Part shown: piece after piece, positions 7,394 to 18,742 of the stretch
Layout: every line of letters starts with the position of its first letter
Position numbering within the stretch: position 1 is the first letter of the stretch
Assembly: GCA_049724395.1 (NCBI GenBank)
Contig: JAUGWO010000021.1
Location: 48,512 to 68,511, forward strand
Direction: 5' to 3'
Origin: Spongospora subterranea f. sp. subterranea
Taxonomy: Eukaryota
Length of the DNA: 20,000 bases
Made by a program: the position numbers and the translations under genes
The notes under the pieces: model-generated
Told to the model about the DNA's origin: nothing
The model's input: the letters and a program-made list of their open reading frames with translations, nothing else
Databases searched by the model: none

Positions 7394-8604
7394 TAGGGTG
7401 TAACAGAATTCACTGGCCGCACTAGCTGGCCAAAACCTGCAAAATTGTTTAGAAACTGGCTAAAAATTTGAAATTTCAAAGTCATAGTGTGTCTTAACTC
7501 TTCTTTCTACAGAGCTGATTCAGTTTCTCACATAATGCAGCGACGAACACCGTTAATTCACACAACAGGCCGGCCACATCTCAATGCTGCTGCTATGTGG
7601 AAGGCAGCTTCGAAAGCTGTCGTCTTTCCCATTACGTTTTCTAATTACAAAGGGAAAACTATCACAACTTCTTCATTTTTTTCTTGAAATTGTTCAAGCG
7701 GGGCACATCCTATCAAGCGGCTGTTAGAAATGCATTCTTTTCATTGTATTAAATCTTAACATAGAACACATAATAAGAGAGACCACGGCTTTCGAATTTG
7801 CCTTCCACATAACAGGCTCTGCCGCGTTCTCCAGGTCGTTGTAATAATACCGACCAGGAATTTTGACGGTTTCTTGACGCAAGATGTGCATAAAAATGTG
7901 AATCTGTGTCCGATGTGGATGAGATGCGAGCAACAAGACGCCAGTGGAACCCGTTAGCAGTAACTTGTTCATTACACATCAAGCTGTCAGATGCACACTC
8001 TACTGGCAGCTCGATCAACATGATATTCTCTGGCATTGATACAATCTCGCGAACATCTTTCGTAAGAACCTGGGAACCAAATGAATACACAGCAACGGAA
8101 CATGCTTTCAGCCTCTACCATATCACAGGCCGGGTCTGAGCAAAGTCGGTTGGTCATTTCCAATCGCTGTTGGAACAGCGGATAAGGCCCGCACAAACTT
8201 TGTAATGCAGAGTTATGACAACATCGTTGGCTTGTTTTGGGATGAAGTAATTTCTTAGATTTTGTGCAGCGAAACTGCCAATGGCATCGCTGCATCAAAT
8301 TCGCTTTTTCCGACATCCGTTCGAACCTGTAACTGCATTCACCGCTGAAAGCCAGTGGAACGCCATCTTTGTCCAGCTGGTGTTCACTACTGTTAACAGG
8401 CGAATATGCGAAGTCCTGTTCTTCGAAATCACACGCTTGCCAATCCATTCGCTTCACCATGACGAGAACTGAAATGCGGACATCACGAGATATTCCGTTC
8501 GCCAGATTTTAGTTCGCGCAAAATGTGATATTCCACGTGACGCAGTTTCTAGCCAGTATGTGCGGCCAGCTTTTGCAGGTTTTGGCCAGCTAGTGCGCGG
8601 CCTA
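7394..8604. mobile_element. Putative non-autonomous TIR DNA transposon carrying a gene fragment
   Basis: Perfect 27-bp inverted repeat 7418-7444 / 8571-8597 (CGCACTAGCTGGCCAAAACCTGCAAAA) with extra CTGGC units inside both ends. The left end begins TAGGGTGT like the neighbouring hairpin. No TSD found and superfamily unassigned. Confidence 0.6.
7749..8460 (-). pseudogene. USP/peptidase C19-like C-terminal half (His box), frameshifted
   Basis: Joined frames read VREIVSMPENIMLIELP...NGFHWRLVARISSTSDTDSHFYAHL / KIPGRYYYNDLEN / YVEGKFESRGLSYYVFYVKI*. This resembles the USP order: LP..L.IHL box, Y.L.AVI..H....GHY.A, W..FND, AY.LFY. No Cys box visible. Confidence 0.5.
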
Positions 8605-8611
8605 TCCCCTC

Positions 8612-8650
8612 TACCGCGCGCGGTACAACCGCGCGCGGTTCAACCGCGCG
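8612..8650. repeat. 15-bp period tandem of palindromic ACCGCGCGCGGT (x2.5)
   Basis: Perfect 14-bp palindromes at 8612-8625 and 8627-8640, with a partial third unit at 8643-8650. Confidence 0.9.
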
Positions 8651-8737
8651 AGATGCTTGGACAATCGCACAATAGGGTACACTATTGACTGTGACACAGT
8701 CTAATAATGCAAAGATTTATATTGCACTGAGCGAGGA

Positions 8738-8786
8738 TTGCGGATCGCAGTTTAGGGTTGCGGATCGCAGTTTAGAGTTGCGGATC
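8738..8786. repeat. 20-bp tandem TTGCGGATCGCAGTTTAGRG (x2.5)
   Basis: Units start at 8738, 8758 and 8778; the array ends 7 nt before the proposed transposase ATG at 8794. Confidence 0.9.
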
Positions 8787-8793
8787 ACGTCAT

Positions 8794-10940
8794 ATGCCGA
8801 ATCGATTCTCTCTTCATCTAGTGTCTTCTGTTTCAGTTCCAACAATGCAATCTTCGAGGTGGGGATTATTTCTACATATAATTAACGGTTCAATTATCTC
8901 TGATGGTTTTTGTTTAGTCAACTATCGCCTAGCACTTATGCTGCCGTCGCTGAGATGGCTGTATGGGAAAGGTGTTTTATTCTAATCGCATACTGTTCTT
9001 CACCTTAACTCCTCTATAGTGATTCATCAGTAATCGCCGGTGATGTTTATCCATGCGATAGTGCCTCTTTTGATGCGAGGTATATTAATAGCTTTGTTGT
9101 CTTTATAATGGTTCATTAATTCTTGTACTCAGTCGTTGTCCATCGCAAATTCGCTCGCCCGGTGATGTTTATCCATGCGATAGTGCCTCTTTTGATGCGA
9201 GGTATATCAATAGCTTTGTTGTCTTTATAATGGTTCATTAATTCTTGTACTCAGTCGTTGTCCATCGCAAATTCGCTCGCCCGGTGATGTTTATCCAGGC
9301 GATACATTCATGGTCTACCAGGATCTGCTGTCCAAAATCCAAACTTTTGCGAGGTCACAAAATTTTCACGTCAACCGAAGCCCGCATCGAATGGATGCTC
9401 AGCGGGCAGTGAAATTGTTTGGGGTAGAGTCAATTGTCCAGCGCGGACGGTTTTATTGCAGACACGCTGCTTGTCCGTATCAAGTTTTGTTCACTGACGA
9501 TTTTGCCAAAAACGTGTACATCATCAAGGAAAAGGGGTTCCGTCCCACACATTCCCACCCTTTAAACGCGGTCGTCAGTGTGCGAGGGGTCTCGTTTGCT
9601 CAAGTTCAACAAGACCTTACGCCGCAAGAGCTATATCTGATTCAGCAAGCCGGCCCAGCGTTGGGTTTGCCGCAATTGCGGAAGATGATGCATCGTTTTT
9701 TTGAAAATAGAGAATACTCTCAAAGTCAGCTCCTTCATCGCGTGGTGGCCGAAGCGAAAAGAGAGATTTATGGGTTTTGACCCCGATTCCATGAACGAAT
9801 TTATGAAATTTGGGGCGAAACCAATAACCGGATAAATGTGTTTTCCACATAGGATACGACATTTCATTTCAAGAATTGTCAGCGCCATTATCCAATTTCC
9901 ATGCATGGTGCCATACGCTCTGCAGTACGGAATTTAGGTTTCAACTGTCGTTGATGCCACCTTCAACATTTCCTTACAACCTTGTGTCACTCCCATTCAC
10001 TTCCTGATTGCTTAGGCAAGAGCAGATATCTGCAATGTCCCTAGCACCGTCGGAAACCGCTTCTATTATCGAAGAAAGCCTGCAGTTGTGCAGCCTTGCT
10101 GTCCCAGCCGGCTTAAAATTAGACATTGATTGTCTTCCGGGGCAGTCGCGTACTAACTGTTTCGGAAAGCCTCAACATGAAGCACAAACTCTGCGTGCAT
10201 CATTTCTCAAGAGGAATGTTTTCCGCTGCTGCGTCTCTCCCGGAGAAGTTGTCGACAGAGTTCAACAAACTATTGCTCGACTTTGCTCTATGAAATTCTC
10301 AATCCAGATTCGTTCAATCAGATTGTGGACCATCTGGTAAACCGTTGCAATTGTTTTGAGAAAGCTCTGAACTTGTTAACGAAACTATTGCAAATTCCTA
10401 GAGAATTTGCCCAACGTTTTCTTCCCGAATTTTTTCGGCTGGACACGAGTCCACTCAAAGCTGAATCTAACAACGCAAATCAAGACGTCTGGCATTGATA
10501 TCAGAAAGTTTAACTTGTTGGAGCTTGTCAAGCATCGAAGCACTCGTGACTCGGCAAGAACTGGAAGCCTTTCTGAAATTCGAAAAAATGTTCTTCAATC
10601 GCATCGCTGGAGTTCCTATGTACGACAAATTGTGGACCAACCAGTTGTTGCTTGCGGACCAGTACTGTTCTAGTACACAACGTGCGATTGCAGGTTCCTG
10701 GTTGCATGTCATTGAACATTCCAATGCAATTACCAGTGATCAACATGCAGTTATACTGGACCTTGAAAGTCCGCTTCAAGATCAAAGTGCGCAGTTTTCT
10801 AGATCTTAATTACGGCCATGCTGATGTCAAGAATCAGACTGCATTGGCGGAGTCAACCATTGGAAAATGGTCGACTGTCGCGATCCAAATCGAATATCCT
10901 CATGCAGATCATTTCAAAGGAACCCTCGTGATCTGAAATC
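8794..10940 (+). pseudogene. Mutator/MULE (FAR1-like) DDE transposase, spliced 5' end, heavily frameshifted
   Basis: N-terminal FAR1/WRKY-GCM1-like finger GDTF...FARSQNFHV...FYCRHAACPY...HSHPL. First Asp in YALQYG...VVDATFN (~9953). HKLCVHH, the CxxH motif (10183-10203). Catalytic Glu in AESNNA (~10463). The 3' limit is uncertain and coding remnants may run to ~12170 or beyond. Confidence 0.8.
9037..9304 (+). repeat. 122-bp tandem duplication (2.2 units) = 69-bp exon + 53-bp intron
   Basis: CCGGTGATGTTTATCC recurs at 9037, 9159 and 9281. The full units differ by about one base and each contains GTATAT...TACTCAG. Confidence 0.92.
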
Positions 10941-13156
10941 CAGGCACTGGCATAATTCATCATGAACACTGAAGTCGAATGGCATCATACTGCCATTGAG
11001 AAATGTTGAATGATGTTTGACATGTGGTCAATGGCATTTTGCGTTTTGCATGCATCATTTTCTTCGGCCACACAATTCATGCTCGATGCTAGAATGCAAT
11101 CAAATAGTTGAGATAATGCAAACCAGCAGAGTTGATTTGGAAGGGTCAAGAGCAGACGTTGAACCATGGAATCACTATTGATGCCTCCTGGTGAACCAAT
11201 AGCTGCCGCAATCCACTATCTCTAGATCTGTCCACAGACGGTTGACTGGAGTGCCAATACGGTTCATATTGAGCTAAAACGTTGATCGACAGTGAACGAA
11301 TATTCAAGAAATCCGTATGGTCGGAATGCATGGTGATGGTCATGTATCCGATTGGAAATGGTAATATCCGAAAGATCAAATGGCGAGAGCAATTATGGAA
11401 CTCAATGAGCTAGAAATGCATAAGCGAAGTTCGAATATACGCAACAGAAAAGTTGCAAGGCATTGCATGAGTGAATGCGATAAGGTGAAAACTGGAATAT
11501 TGAAAAGCGAATTTCGGGATTGGCGATTTTACTCCAATAGAGTTATGGCTCCACAGAAATGGAGACATTGTTCCAAATGGAAGTCCAGACAATTCAGATT
11601 TGGTATTCGTCGTAAAATGCCACCATTCAAACGTATTCCTTTTCTGAGACGAAAGTCAACGTGTGGATTGAGACTCGCAAACTGTTCATGTTCAGAACGC
11701 AATACTTAACAAAACTAGCCGATGCCTCAGTTTTCATCGACCATTGCAACATTTGATTGCAGCCAAAGGATTCTGAAATCAGATTTGGTTCCCTGCAATT
11801 ACGGATTTTGGGATGGCAAGGAACGCATGTATGAAACCAAACTAAAACATAAGCCACTGATCTGACTGCTGCAAGAATACAGACAACTTGACATCCAGAC
11901 TTGCGGTCTGAAATAATTGTTCGGACATCGATACAGGGGATCTGCAGATGTTCGAGATGCACAGATTCAGTCGAAATCGTGTTGGACAAAAGACCCTGCA
12001 CCATCTTAGATTGCACCATCAGACAGGAACCGATAAAAAAAAAGAGCGATGAAATGTCGAAAAAGCGGAGACCATTCAGGTCGTTCAATGCACAGCCATG
12101 GGATGTGGTGGCAAACAAAAAAGCTTTGAAGGACGATGATTTCATGGAAATTTCAGCACCACCATGAGCCAATTTTACAGCGCGGCAGCATTCGAGCTGA
12201 TGAAAAGATTCCATGACAAAGGCTGTTCAAAATCTGCAGCATGGCTCAAAATGTTGATCATGTGAAAGATTTGCTGAAACCGAATGGGTGATTCGCACTT
12301 GTCGGCAGTTCAGTGCAAGGAATTCGTTAACCGCTGACATGAAATTAGAACAAGCTTGAAAGGCGGCATTTTCGAAGCGGCAACAACCGAGCATTGAATG
12401 TCTCAATCTGACGAATATTTGCATTTGAGATTCTTACCAATCCTGGCATGATCCGCGCTTTAGGAATGGACCCTTTTGCGATCGAAGACACTATCGTGGG
12501 TTTAAGCAGAATTACTCGATGGCCAGATTTAATACAGATTTGCAATTTCGGCCTTTGATAGTCGCGAGGCCAGACAACGAATTCTGCTACACATGTAAGT
12601 TCAGCTGGTGAGTGGTGGAATTCTATCAGCGAATCGAAGCCTAATTTGCTTCCGATGCCCATCAATCTTGGATGTTAATCACAGATTCAATCAGCATCGG
12701 CGTGGATACAGAAATAACGAACTAATGGTTTCCTATTGCGGCTTGTTAGATGCAGCCATGATAGCAGTTGAATATTGGTCATACCTTTCAATATCAGGAT
12801 CCGAATTGTAGCTGCAATCCACCAATTTGGCAGATTTGCATGCCAACGGTTCATCACTGCTGAAGAGTTGGGCACGATTCTCTCAAGACAATCTCGATTG
12901 AGAATTGTCTGCAGCAATGCTATCCTAGCAATGCTGGCATTTTACAGGCAGAAAATGGGGTCGAAAAACTGTCTCGTCAGGTTAAATAGATTCTTGGTCA
13001 TTGGCATGTCCGGATACCCGTTTCCAACTTACATTTTGGGCATCATGATGTAATTTCAAATGCACAATTACGGCTAACGCAAATTCACAAAGCGAAAGCT
13101 GAAAGTTGGACAGCAGTACCTTCAGGTGCGCACAGTATATTTTCGATTCAGGTAAA

Positions 13157-14070
13157 ATGAGTAACATTCCTTTTCTCAAAGGTTGCAGTAAACCTCGTAA
13201 GCCTCTTCTGCAGCAGACAAGTTTGCACGCCTTCTTTGGCCGCCCATCAATTTTGACAGCGAAAGCCAGTGGCCAACAGTTTGTCTCTAAAAATGCCCTC
13301 GTTTCGCTCGAGATAGAGCTTCAGTGTACTGACTGCAACAAACCAATTCGGCAAGCGGCTCAAGCGCTGATTGCACATCGAAAAACGCACTCTATAATGC
13401 AAGGTTGCGGACTGCGGACTGATAATGATGATTAGTCCCTGAAAATCAACGAACATGTTTTGGAATTTGGCAACAGATTATGAAGGTGAGGTCCCGATTA
13501 GGAAAAACGCTGAAGCAGAGAACATGCCGTCGGTACAGTTACGCTGACAAAAGTCTGCAGAAATTTTAGAAGAATATAACGATTCTTCAAAGCTCTGCAT
13601 TCATAATACAATGAATGCGGGCTGACACCAGATCGCAGCGTGGTAAATGATCAAAGATTGCGCTTTTGCTCCTCGCCACCTCGAAATGGAGAGGCGATTC
13701 AATCGTCCTTGGCTCATTCATTTCAGAAGGTTATGAGGAAGAGTTGGGACGCAGGTGCGAGAACGTCGTGTTAATGGCCTAAAAGCCAATTCAACCTGGA
13801 TCAGGGACCGAGCATGCCAACCAGCTTCCCAAATACAACTCTATTAGGATCATACATGAACATCCAGGACATCTTTGATCTCAAATCTCGCGCCATCATG
13901 CGAGAATTGATGCACCATCAGATCGACTTGGGTTCAGAATCCGTCAGATGAACCTAATCACAAGAAATTGGCAGCATTGCAAAGCATTTTTTCGTATGTA
14001 TATTCAAAGTTTCATCAGAATTTGCTTTATACGGCAATTTTCTCAGTCAGAGAACCTTCAACTTATTTTT
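13157..14070 (+). pseudogene. pogo/Tigger-like transposase N-terminal remnant (PIP-box-like motif, C2H2 finger, HTH and CENP-B-like HTH)
   Basis: QTSLHAFF (13214-13237); CTDCNKPIRQAAQALIAHRKTH (13325-13390). Later frames give RRYSYADK/AEILEEY, then GYEEELG/QVRERRVNGLKANSTWIRDRACQ and RLGFRIRQ, resembling CENP-B-type HTHs. No DDD domain seen. Confidence 0.5.
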
Positions 14071-14343
14071 TAAAGAATGGGTTTTACAAGTATTTGATAC
14101 ACAACAAAATCTCAAATCAGAAAAGTTTGGGGAATAATTCGCCTAGAATTTTCGGCTAGAATTCGAAAACGTGATCTGGGAAACATGACCATGCGAAAAC
14201 TTGCCTTTTGCAGGGCTTCAATCCGCGACAAAAAAGATCCTCCATCTATTGCGTGAGTCAAAGGATTGAATTTGAGGGACATAAAAAGAATATGGAAATT
14301 GAATTTGGATCAGTAGATTCGGAATGAGTGAGGTTCACGCTAG

Positions 14344-16122
14344 GCCAAATTAACAGTTGGCTAGGAACTAAATCACCAAAAAATTTCATGCATTCCTCTT
14401 TGGAAGGCAAAAACACCATTGCAATTTCCTTGACAGACTCTGGTTGGAGTGTATACTCCAAACGGGGTTACAAAACTTTGACAGTCTAGATCACCTTCAA
14501 CAGGAAACTGCCAGTATCCTTTGAAACAATCCAACGTGAAATAAACAGAAGAGTTGCGTAAGTGACATCCGAAAGACTGTAAGTGAGGCATAGGAAAATA
14601 GAATTTTACCATTGATTTGTTCGCGGGAACCATATCAATAACCATGCGAGGCTTCTTGAAAGGATCAACAACGAACGCAGGTAGTGCCCATGACGGATTA
14701 TGATTTGCAAAAATTAATCCGCACTTCTCTAATTCAGTAATCCACGATCGCATATAGGAGCGAGCAACCGGAGACAGAATCCTTGCGTTTGCCAATAACG
14801 GGGCAGCATCAGGGAGTTGCTTCAATAGCAGAGGCGTAACATTAACAGGGGGGTCAGAACAAAGCGAAATTCGGAAAACATCAACGAATTCAGAGAGTAT
14901 CATGCGAAGCTCAGACAGAAACCACGGCGGATGGATCGAGAGCCGAGCAGTCATTTAACCGTTCCTCCAGTGTAGCTCTTATATCACCCAGGGAGTTTTT
15001 TCCTGGAGATGGTGCCTCCTCGGAAACATGGTCAACGAAATATTCCTGATCCGGAGGTTTCTCATCCACAGAATGGGTTGCCATCAGACAAATCAGCGCG
15101 TCGACATCAATGCCCAAGCGTCGCAAAAAAGGTCTTCCAAGCAGAACTTCCGACATAGGAATGTCAGCAACATAGATCTGGTGGCGCCTGAGGGTAACGT
15201 TTCCGGCCTCCGTTTCCAGGGAAACATCGAAAAGTACATAGCTGGAGCAGGTGGCCTCCTGATCGTTCGCCATTCGAAAAGTGATTGGCTCTATGGGAAT
15301 AGCCAAATTGGGGAAGTTGATATAAAACTCTTTACTCATTACGGAAAAATCCGCACCATCATCTATTGTTATGGGAACGACGGCTTTTGCTGAGCCTACC
15401 GACAGAACGGCCGTTCTTAAAGTACGTTGAGAGGAAATTTCGGTCACGTTTTCAGATTGAACATGCGAAATTTCAATTTCAGGTGGAGAAGTAAGAGTAG
15501 GGAAGGGGGAAACTGTTTCGAACGTCACGCGGGAGACACCTGGCGTCGAGATGAGCCGATCTTCCGAATATTCGTAAACCGTAGAAAGGGGAGGGCTAGC
15601 CGTAGAGACTCGCTTGATAAACGGTTTCTCTGATGTGTGGCGTTGTGGAAAACGAGAATGAGTTCTGCAGGAGTCTTCGGCAGGTGTTTGCGTTCGATGC
15701 TAGGAAAAACGGTTGTTTACAAAGTTTTCAGGGCGGATTTGACAGCGTGACTCTGGAGGATTATGGTGATTACGGTTGATGGAGCTCGTTTCAGGGCGAT
15801 TAGAAAGAACCGAAGTTTGGACGCGAATCTCGTCTCTGTGGTGCGGTGTGAGGCAAAAGACCGCCGCTTGGATCATACTAAGGTTGCTTTCGCAGTCTCG
15901 GGCTAGACTGAAAATTTCCTCAAGTAACGACTACACCTTTCGACCAAATGCGTAGACCATTGCACTGAAAAGGGCGGTGCGGGAACGCAGGGAATGTACG
16001 AGAATAATTCCTCTTTCCCGGCAACATGTCGGTTCCGAGATGTCCAAATTTGGTGCTACCTCATTAGCAAAGCGGTAGTATGCGTCAACCTGGAAACATA
16101 TTCTGCGATAGAAAAAGTGGGG
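14344..16122 (-). mobile_element. Gypsy copy 2: internal fragment (gag 3' part, protease, RT N-half)
   Basis: Reverse complement of ~3693-5436, near-identical except a noisy part at ~15730-16120. Tandem with copy 3 at ~1.84-kb period. Ends at LLIW just before the RT aspartates. Confidence 0.93.
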
Positions 16123-18742
16123 ATTGCGTAGGAGCAGACAGTAATTGGGAACAGTATCAGAAGAGAAGCGCCAAGACATCATCCAGCCAAATTAACAGTT
16201 GGCTAGGAACTAAATCACCAAAAATTTCATGCATTCCTCTTTGGAAGGCAAAAACACCATTGCAATTTCCTTGACAGACTCTGGTTGGAGTGTATACTCC
16301 AAACGGGGTTACAAAACTTTGACAGTCTAGATCACCTTCAACAGGAAACTGCCAGTATCCTTTGAAACAATCCAACGTGAAATAAACAGAAGAGTTGCGT
16401 AAGTGACATCCGAAAGACTGTAAGTGAGGCATAGGAAAATAGAATTTTACCATTGATTTGTTCGCGGGAACCATATCAATAACCATGCGAGGCTTCTTGA
16501 AAGGATCAACAACGAACGCAGGTAGTGCCCATGACGGATTATGATTTGCAAAAATTAATCCGCACTTCTCTAATTCAGTAATCCACGATCGCATATAGGA
16601 GCGAGCAACCGGAGACAGAATCCTTGCGTTTGCCAATAACGGGGCAGCATCAGGGAGTTGCTTCAATAGCAGAGGCGTAACATTAACAGGGGGGTCAGAA
16701 CAAAGCGAAATTCGGAAAACATCAACGAATTCAGAGAGTATCATGCGAAGCTCAGACAGAAACCACGGCGGAGGATCGAGAGCCGAGCAGTCATTTAACC
16801 GTTCCTCCAGTGTAGCTCTTATATCACCCAGGGAGTTTTTTCCTGGAGATGGTGCCTCCTCGGAAACATGGTCAACGAAATATTCCTGATCCGGAGGTTT
16901 CTCATCCACAGAATGGGTTGCCATCAGACAAATCAGCGCGTCGACATCAATGCCCAAGCGTCGCAAAAAAGGTCTTCCAAGCAGAACTTCCGACATAGGA
17001 ATGTCAGCAACATAGATCTGGTGGCGCCTGAGGGTAACGTTTCCGGCCTCCGTTTCCAGGGAAACATCGAAAAGTACATAGCTGGAGCAGGTGGCCTCCT
17101 GATCGTTCGCCATTCGAAAAGTGATGTGCATTTTATTGGCTCTATGGGAATAGCCAAATTGGGGAAGTTGATATAAAACTCTTTACTCATTACGGAAAAA
17201 TCCGCACCATCATCTATTGTTATGGGAACGACGGCTTTTGCTGAGCCTACCGACAGAACGGCCGTTCTTAAAGTACGTTGAGAGGAAATTTCGGTCACGT
17301 TTTCAGATTGAACATGCGAAATTTCAATTTCAGGTGGAGAAGTAAGAGTAGGGAAGGGGGAAACTGTTTCGAACGTCACGCGGGAGACACCTGGCGTCGA
17401 GATGAGCCGATCTTCCGAATATTCGTAAACCGTAGAAAGGGGAGGGCTAGCCGTAGAGACTCGCTTGATAAACGGTTTCTCTGATGTGTGGCGTTGTGGA
17501 AAACGAGAATGAGTTCTGCTGGAGTCTTCGGCAGGTGTTTGCGTTCGATGCTGGGAAAAACGGTTGTTTACAAAGTTTTCAGGGCGGTTTCGACTCTGGA
17601 GGATTATGGTGATTACGGTTGGTGGAAAAGGTTTCAGGGCGATTAGAAGAACCGAAGTTTGGTCGCGAATCTCGTCTCTGTGGTTGGGTGTGAGGCAAAA
17701 GTTTGCCGCTTGGAACATACTAAGGTTGCTTTCGCCGTCTCGGGCTAGACTGAAAATTTCCTCGAGTCGACTAACCTTTCGACCAGATGCGTAGACCAAT
17801 GCACTGAAAAGGGCGGTGCGGGAACGCAGGGAATGTAGGAATAAGCGGCAACATGTCTATTCCGAGATGGAAGAATTTGGGATACCTCTACAGCAAAGCG
17901 GTAGTACTGGTCGAACCTGGAAACATATTCTGCGAAGATTCAGTGGGGAAAGGTACGGAGCACTCTAGTTAATGGCGAATGGTACCTACGAAACGCACAG
18001 ATCTGTGCCGAGCAACACACATCCGAGGACACGAAAACATCGCTTGTGAAACATCCATTAACATACTGGGACCCAAGTAAAACAATTAAGATGTTGCCGT
18101 ACGGCAAAATTCCAAGTAATCGGGATAGCTTGAATGAAGCGCGTGAAAAATTTAATATCGGACAATCAGACGATCGTCATCCGATAGGCTTCTGATATCA
18201 TCCGCTGTGCCCAGGTAGCGAAAGGCATCATCAGTAGAAATAATCTCACTGAACTTTGGTAGTTCAGACGAGGAAATGGGATAAGTTTTCGTGGCAGGAG
18301 CTCTGAGCAGAGACAGCGGGCTCGTCAGTCTTTGACTCTTTACAAAGTTGCAGTAGCAGCTGGCTCATCACTTGGTTGGTTTGTTGCTGTTGTTGCATAA
18401 AACTTGTGAAAACAGCTTGGAGTGAGGCAGAGGGATCCAGATAAGAAATTTTTGGTTTGGCATCAGAAATTTGGTTCGTCGGTATAGAAGAAGGGGTTAT
18501 GGTTGGTTTGGCATCAGAACTTCGGTTGGTCGGTATAGAAGAAGGTGTCATGGGATTGTTGCTGGTTTTCCCTGACCTCAATTGCATAAACTTTTACGCC
18601 CTAAGGAGGAAGCGTAGTGATCACTGTTGCAGCCCAAGGGCGTAGAACTAGAACGTTCAGTCAAAAAGCTCTGTATTCATAACACGTACGGAATGCGTAC
18701 GGACAGGTATTACGGACAGGTATGAGAAGAGCGCTAAGGCGC
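16123..18742 (-). mobile_element. Gypsy copy 3: 5' LTR, gag, protease, RT through the WLDD motif, then truncated
   Basis: Reverse complement of 2866-5436 plus ~70 extra bp including LLIWLDDVL (WLDD at 16178-16189). gag ATG at 18587; noisy segment ~17850-18160. Confidence 0.93.
18625..18742 (-). repeat. 5' LTR of Gypsy copy 3
   Basis: Reverse complement of 2866-2983 with no differences seen. Confidence 0.88.

Noticed and set aside
8751..8757. TTTAGGG / TTAGGG telomere-like motifs (also near 3004 and 5736)
   Set aside because: Isolated single occurrences with no array.
9037..9304. Regularly spaced repeats suggesting a CRISPR array
   Set aside because: The intervening sequences are identical (plain tandem duplication), the context is eukaryotic and there are no cas genes.
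11627..12214. 195-aa minus-strand ORF and other short antisense ORFs over the TE remnants
   Set aside because: No recognisable motifs; they are antisense to more plausible plus-strand coding remnants.
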